From IMG/VR virus record IMGVR_UViG_3300030389_002306, positions 44,743-64,742 of that record: a stretch of DNA of 20,000 bases. One strand, 5' to 3'. The notes beneath the pieces are model-generated. The model had not been told where the DNA came from and did no database searches. It saw nothing but the letters and a program-made list of their open reading frames with translations. Made by a program: the position numbers and the translations under genes. This document shows positions 15,267 through 20,000 of the stretch, piece after piece. The stretch comes from an uncultured virus (IMG/VR IMGVR_UViG_3300030389_002306). Its lineage: Duplodnaviria; Heunggongvirae; Uroviricota; Caudoviricetes. How positions within the stretch are numbered: the first letter of the stretch is position 1; every line of letters begins with the position of its first letter.

Positions 15267-15814
15267 AACCTGAATTATTACAACATCCCAACATTCCAAA
15301 ACCTTTACACGGTCTTGCCCCAAGAGTAATCAAGGGGCAGGATTGGTGGGATGATACAAGGCATAAAGCTTATGCGTCTACTAACTATCATTGTGCAGCT
15401 TGTGGTGTACATAAATCACAAGCAAAAGAACATCAATGGTTAGAAGCACACGAGGATTATGTAATAGATTGGGCTAAAGGTAGCGTAACTATTAATAAAA
15501 TTGTACCTCTTTGTCATTACTGTCATAACTTTATACACTCTGGTAGACTATGGATGGTTAATAAATACAATCCAGATAAAATTAAAAGAGTGTTAGAACA
15601 TGGCATTAAAATATGTGAAGACAATTTTATTAGCGTGCAACACTATACATTAGATTTAGCAGACGAATATGATGTAGAATATTACTGTGGTGTTTTAAAA
15701 GAAAACATAACAGAGTGTGCTGAATGGTCTGAATGGCATCTTATATTAGAAGGTGAAAAATATTATACACAATATAAAGATATTGAAGAATGGAAAACAC
15801 ATTATAACAATTAA
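15263..15814 (+). CDS. HNH endonuclease-like protein
   Basis: W...R...Y....CAACG...LEAHE...VPLCHYCHNFIH: Zn-binding HNH layout. Confidence 0.8.
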   Translation: MKPELLQHPNIPKPLHGLAPRVIKGQDWWDDTRHKAYASTNYHCAACGVHKSQAKEHQWLEAHEDYVIDWAKGSVTINKIVPLCHYCHNFIHSGRLWMVNKYNPDKIKRVLEHGIKICEDNFISVQHYTLDLADEYDVEYYCGVLKENITECAEWSEWHLILEGEKYYTQYKDIEEWKTHYNN

Positions 15815-15815
15815 T

Positions 15816-16076
15816 ATGAAAGTAATACAATTAAATGTAAACTGTTCTGAATCCGTAAATACGGGTAACTTCGAGTCAGTTAAATGGAACTATGGTGTAG
15901 CCATAGAATTAGAAGAAGGTGATAACTACGAGTCTGTAAAGCAGGAGTGGATAAACGAATGCGCTAAGACTATAAATAAGTTATCCAAACACACTCGTGG
16001 GTTAAAAAAGCTTGAAGCTATAGCCGTCAAAGGCAACCCACAAGTGAATACGTCAATAGAAATAATAGAAAAATAA
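15816..16076 (+). CDS. Hypothetical phage protein (86 aa)
   Basis: Start moved to the ATG at 15816; NTGNFES pattern common in small phage proteins; TAATG-coupled to the next gene. Confidence 0.7.
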   Translation: MKVIQLNVNCSESVNTGNFESVKWNYGVAIELEEGDNYESVKQEWINECAKTINKLSKHTRGLKKLEAIAVKGNPQVNTSIEIIEK

Positions 16077-16945
16077 TGACATTAAAAGAAATCTTATCTG
16101 CCTCTCAGTTAGACTGGGAGGTGGAAAAGGTTCCATTGTTTTCACAATGTCCTGAGTCGCATTTTGATATGCATGGCAATTGGTCTGAAAGTGGATACTA
16201 TGGAATCAGAAGGAAAGATAACCTTGAAATACTTGGTGTATGTACCAAACAATACCAAGAAACACAGAATGAACAAATAGTAGAACGCGCTATGCAAATT
16301 GCTGAAGCTGTTGATAATAACTATACATTCCACAAAGCTTTAGCATTGAATGGTGGTAAAAAAATATTTGTTCAATTCAAAGTAAATCAATACGATGATG
16401 AATATGAAAAATACATTTTTGTTGTAGATTCTAATGATGGTAGTATTGGTTTATCTTATGGCATATCTAATACAGTTTTGTCTTGTGCAAATCAGCTGTA
16501 TTTATTTGCTAGTAAAGGTAAATCAGTTAAACATACTAAAAGTATTAATATCAAAGCTGATGATATAGCTAGAGATATTTCTGGCAGATTAATACATACA
16601 GATAACACAATAAGTTATTTAAGAAATCAACGCATTAGTGATCAGGCAGTTAGAAACATTGTTAAAAATGTTATGAAACTACCTGTATATATTGATCAAG
16701 TTGAATATGATGACAATAAAGTTGTTTCTAAAAAGACAAAGAATAAAGTAGATAAACTACTTGATTGTATTGCAAAAGAAACAACTGAAAAAGGTGACAC
16801 ATTATGGGGTTTACTCAATGGTGTCACATACTATACTAATCACGTAGTTAAAAATATGGAGCGTGATCCAAATGGTATAGAAAAATTACTATTTAGTAAT
16901 GCTAATAAAATGAATCAAATAGCTTGGAACTATGTCAATAGTTAA
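16076..16945 (+). CDS. DUF932/DUF945-family phage/plasmid protein
   Basis: LDWEVEKVPL, RKDN..ILG...Y...QNE, L.GGKKIF, SNDGS, CANQL, TLWGLLNGVTYYTNH. Confidence 0.85.
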   Translation: MTLKEILSASQLDWEVEKVPLFSQCPESHFDMHGNWSESGYYGIRRKDNLEILGVCTKQYQETQNEQIVERAMQIAEAVDNNYTFHKALALNGGKKIFVQFKVNQYDDEYEKYIFVVDSNDGSIGLSYGISNTVLSCANQLYLFASKGKSVKHTKSINIKADDIARDISGRLIHTDNTISYLRNQRISDQAVRNIVKNVMKLPVYIDQVEYDDNKVVSKKTKNKVDKLLDCIAKETTEKGDTLWGLLNGVTYYTNHVVKNMERDPNGIEKLLFSNANKMNQIAWNYVNS

Positions 16946-18230
16946 TTATAATGTCGTTGAACTGGTAGATTCACCAGTAATAAAAAAGATGAGGTACTAC
17001 GGCAAGCATTTGCCTGTACCCACAGATACCGATTGCAGATTATTGGTTCTTGAACATTGTCTACAAAAAGGCGTAAGGGTTATACCTACGCCACTAGACG
17101 TGCAGAGAAACAAAATATCTTGGATTGGATTTCAAAATGAAACATACTATCCTGAATCCATGTTTCGATGGGTTGATCAGGAAGAACATCCTGAACTATG
17201 GGGATTAGTGTTTTTACATTTTGAACAAATGCAAGATTGGATAACTGCTGATTTACAACAAAAGGTAAGTCTTATGTCTGATAGTAACAGAATGAAATAT
17301 TTCTTTAACAGACAACCATCTACTCGTTGCGTGTATTCAAATAAACATCCATTTGTATATGGTATAGCAGCATCAAATGCTGAAAAGATTAGTTATTTAA
17401 CTATACCTAAACTATCTAGTTTTGTGTTACATCAAGCACTAGCTGTTGATCACATACATGAAGGTAATATGAAAGAAGAACTACTAGATCCTACTTTACG
17501 TAGATCGTTATGTATGATGGCTTCACCATACAAGCTAGTAGAACTTGATGACTTTGCTGTGAGTAATCACGAAGTAGAATTATTTGCTAATATTCTTGCA
17601 ATGGATAGTGTAGCAGAATCTTACTATATAGAAATAGAAGATGATGTTAAAAAGTATATGCATGCTTCATCATATAGTGAAGAATGGGCTGAGCATGGCG
17701 GTAGTTACACAGGCACTTTAGGTGCTGGTTGTATGCGCTATGATCGTTGTCAACCATTCCTAGACATATATGAAGACTGTGAACATTGCAAGATTCTTGT
17801 AATGAAAGATGAAGAAGGTGGTATAGTTGCCCGTGCGTTGCTATGGCAAAATGTCAGCGTACATCGTAGGGTACGAACTATAAACATTATGGATCGTGTA
17901 TATACCTTGCGTAATGCTTACGAGCCACTAATGATTCAATGGGCTAAAGATAATGGTTACCATTATAAAAAGCAGCAATCGTATAACTCTGCTGTTTTGA
18001 TAAATCCTACAACAGGAAAGGAAATGCGTGGTCAAGTGCGCATACCTATTGAATGGCCTGAAGATGGTTATGAAAAATTACCATACATAGACACCTATGC
18101 ACACATATATCCTGACTTAGGGTTTATGAGTAACTCTGCAAGAGTTAGACCTATTGATACCTCATCAATAAGAAGAATTAACCCTAGATCCACAGATGGA
18201 TACTATAGAGAAGTAAGAAACTATGCGTAA
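16932..18230 (+). CDS. Conserved phage protein with a C-terminal PcfJ-like (CMR...RALLW...DRVY) domain
   Basis: GCMRY, IVARALLW, MDRVY, WAKDNGY and PYIDT motifs; N-terminal half unrecognised. Confidence 0.6.
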   Translation: MSIVNYNVVELVDSPVIKKMRYYGKHLPVPTDTDCRLLVLEHCLQKGVRVIPTPLDVQRNKISWIGFQNETYYPESMFRWVDQEEHPELWGLVFLHFEQMQDWITADLQQKVSLMSDSNRMKYFFNRQPSTRCVYSNKHPFVYGIAASNAEKISYLTIPKLSSFVLHQALAVDHIHEGNMKEELLDPTLRRSLCMMASPYKLVELDDFAVSNHEVELFANILAMDSVAESYYIEIEDDVKKYMHASSYSEEWAEHGGSYTGTLGAGCMRYDRCQPFLDIYEDCEHCKILVMKDEEGGIVARALLWQNVSVHRRVRTINIMDRVYTLRNAYEPLMIQWAKDNGYHYKKQQSYNSAVLINPTTGKEMRGQVRIPIEWPEDGYEKLPYIDTYAHIYPDLGFMSNSARVRPIDTSSIRRINPRSTDGYYREVRNYA

Positions 18231-19392
18231 AACTTGGAATATGTCTGAAGAAACTATGATAGACAATCTTGAACAAACTTTGGAAATACAAAGTGTTTCA
18301 GGAAACGAAGATAAAATGAACACATTTATCATAGAACAAATTAAATATGTTAATGAACATATAAAAGATGTAACTATTGTTACAGAACAGCAAGCTGGAG
18401 GTACAAACATATATGTTACCAAAGGCAAAGCTGATGTATATCCATGTGTGGTTGCACACACAGATACTGTGCATGATTTTGTAAAAGGCTACTGTGTTCG
18501 TAGACTTTATGGCAACTTTTATGCTATGGATTATAAGAAAATGGAACAAGTAGGTGTAGGTGGTGATGATAAAGTCGGCATCTGGGCAGCACTTGAATGT
18601 ATTAACAAGTTTGATAATATTAAAGCAGCATTCTTTCATTCAGAAGAAAGAGGTTGTGTTGGCTCTAAGGCTGCCACACCTGAGTTCTTTCAAGATGTAG
18701 GCTACATATTGCAAACAGACAGACGTGGTAATGATGACTTTGTTACCAAGATAGGTGGTGTAAACCTTATGTCTAAGAAGTTCAAGAAGGCTGTAAAGCC
18801 ACTACTTGATAAACACGGATTTAAGTTCCAAGATAATGGTGGTCTAACCGATGTTAAGGCACTTAAACCTATATCAAACGTATCTGTCACTAATATATCT
18901 AGTGGCTATTACAAACCACATAGCGATCAAGAATATGTAAACATTGAAGACGCTATGAATACATTAAGTTTAATGATGGGAATCATTGAAAAACTTGGTG
19001 AAACAAAGTATGAACATCAATACCAAGAACCTGTATATTCTTATGGTGATATAAGCTACGGAGGATACAATGTTTATGGACAGCGTTCGCTTTTTCCAAA
19101 AAGTTCCAACGATATTATCGAAGACGTTGGAACAAAACAAGAAAAAATCTTCGATGATATAACAGAACATTTGTCACATGTAGATTGGCATACTAATCTG
19201 TTGAAAGATGATTGGGGGTATATGTATCCTGTTTACAGTAGTACATTCCCTCATGATATTATAGGTGCATATAATCCCGAACTGGATTGTATAGATCCTA
19301 TAGATGATGTCATAGACGATTACGCATTTTCAAAAGATGAGCCATATTGGTCATCAGTTGCGAAAAATTTATTATCTTCACCAACTTTTTAA
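18223..19392 (+). CDS. Zn-dependent M20/M28-clan peptidase/amidohydrolase
   Basis: Metal-binding motifs AHTDTVH, GGDDKVG, SEERG, QTDRRG, PHSDQE; followed by a Tyr-rich linker and an acidic C-terminal extension. Confidence 0.88.
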   Translation: MRKTWNMSEETMIDNLEQTLEIQSVSGNEDKMNTFIIEQIKYVNEHIKDVTIVTEQQAGGTNIYVTKGKADVYPCVVAHTDTVHDFVKGYCVRRLYGNFYAMDYKKMEQVGVGGDDKVGIWAALECINKFDNIKAAFFHSEERGCVGSKAATPEFFQDVGYILQTDRRGNDDFVTKIGGVNLMSKKFKKAVKPLLDKHGFKFQDNGGLTDVKALKPISNVSVTNISSGYYKPHSDQEYVNIEDAMNTLSLMMGIIEKLGETKYEHQYQEPVYSYGDISYGGYNVYGQRSLFPKSSNDIIEDVGTKQEKIFDDITEHLSHVDWHTNLLKDDWGYMYPVYSSTFPHDIIGAYNPELDCIDPIDDVIDDYAFSKDEPYWSSVAKNLLSSPTF

Positions 19393-19399
19393 CTATGTA

Positions 19400-20000
19400 A
19401 TGCACGATGAATTAATGATGTATGAGCTTGAAACTAAGCTATTAGGTAAATTGCTCTTATATCCTGAATTATACTACGACAACGCAGAAAATTTGGAAAG
19501 TTACTTGTTTTCAAATCTGTTCCACAAGAACATATTTGATAAATTTTTGGTTATGCAATCAGAGCAAAAGGTTATAGACTTAGTTTCTATGGCCAATGCT
19601 CTTGATTGTGATCACAACCAAAAGGTTAGACTATCTGAAATATTTTCTACACATACAGATTATATATCTGTAAAGTCATGCGTTGAACAACTACAACAGT
19701 TTTATAAAAGAAAGCATTTGCATGCTGGTATTAATGAAGCGTTGAATATGTTTATTAATGAAGAATCAGTAGATAAAATTATTGATCACATTAATAAAGT
19801 CAACTCTAAAGTTACTAATAGCACGCAAGTTGATGTAGCAAACATCAATACGCAAATTAGAGATTTTCTAATAGATGTTGAAAAAAGAATGAATACCGAT
19901 GGTATAGTTGGTATTACAACAGGTTTTTCTAAGCTTGATGAGTTTACTGGTGGGTGGCAAGAAACAGATCTTGTCATTATCGGCGCTGCTTCATCAATGG
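19400..20000 (+). CDS. dnaB: Replicative DNA helicase DnaB, 5' part (truncated by the window end)
   Basis: Not in the track. ATG at 19400, open to the end: N-terminal domain (E..LLGKLLLYP...F....HKNIF...IDLVSM) then GITTGFSKLDEFTGGWQETDLVIIGAASSM, leading into Walker A. Confidence 0.92.
   Translation, partial: MHDELMMYELETKLLGKLLLYPELYYDNAENLESYLFSNLFHKNIFDKFLVMQSEQKVIDLVSMANALDCDHNQKVRLSEIFSTHTDYISVKSCVEQLQQFYKRKHLHAGINEALNMFINEESVDKIIDHINKVNSKVTNSTQVDVANINTQIRDFLIDVEKRMNTDGIVGITTGFSKLDEFTGGWQETDLVIIGAASSM

Noticed and set aside
11459..19977. Minus-strand ORFs in the right arm and the nested plus ORF 14026-14214
   Set aside because: Shadows of the plus-strand genes; no motifs or initiation context.
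1..20000. Stop-codon reassignment (TAG or TGA), known in some crAss-like phages
   Set aside because: TerL, portal, MCP and other long genes are full length in the standard code; TAG terminates the portal and the 10281 ORF at sensible boundaries.

Overview
AT-rich fragment of a tailed dsDNA phage genome with crAss-like (Crassvirales-type) architecture. The host is probably Bacteroidota: TAnnTTTG promoter elements are present and A-rich start contexts lack Shine-Dalgarno sites. Left arm (1-11221, minus strand) is a late packaging/head module: lysozyme-like hydrolase, putative small terminase, three small or repeat proteins, TerL, portal, acidic scaffold-like protein, major capsid protein, two probable decoration proteins and further conserved genes. 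After a divergent ~190-bp switch region, the right arm (11411-20000, plus strand) holds many small early-type ORFs, an HNH nuclease, a DUF932 protein, a PcfJ-like/M28-peptidase gene pair and the 5' part of a DnaB helicase. The genes read in the standard genetic code with no visible introns or inteins. The most unusual signals are non-coding. (1) Four late genes have a TAnnTTTG element 4-5 nt from the ATG, suggesting leaderless mRNAs. (2) An exact 16-bp repeat in the early arm is a candidate phage-RNAP promoter; one copy precedes a predicted pseudoknot and the other overlaps a tRNA-like minihelix. (3) Long hairpins lie inside unannotated micro-ORFs. All family assignments come from motif recognition by eye; no database searches were run.
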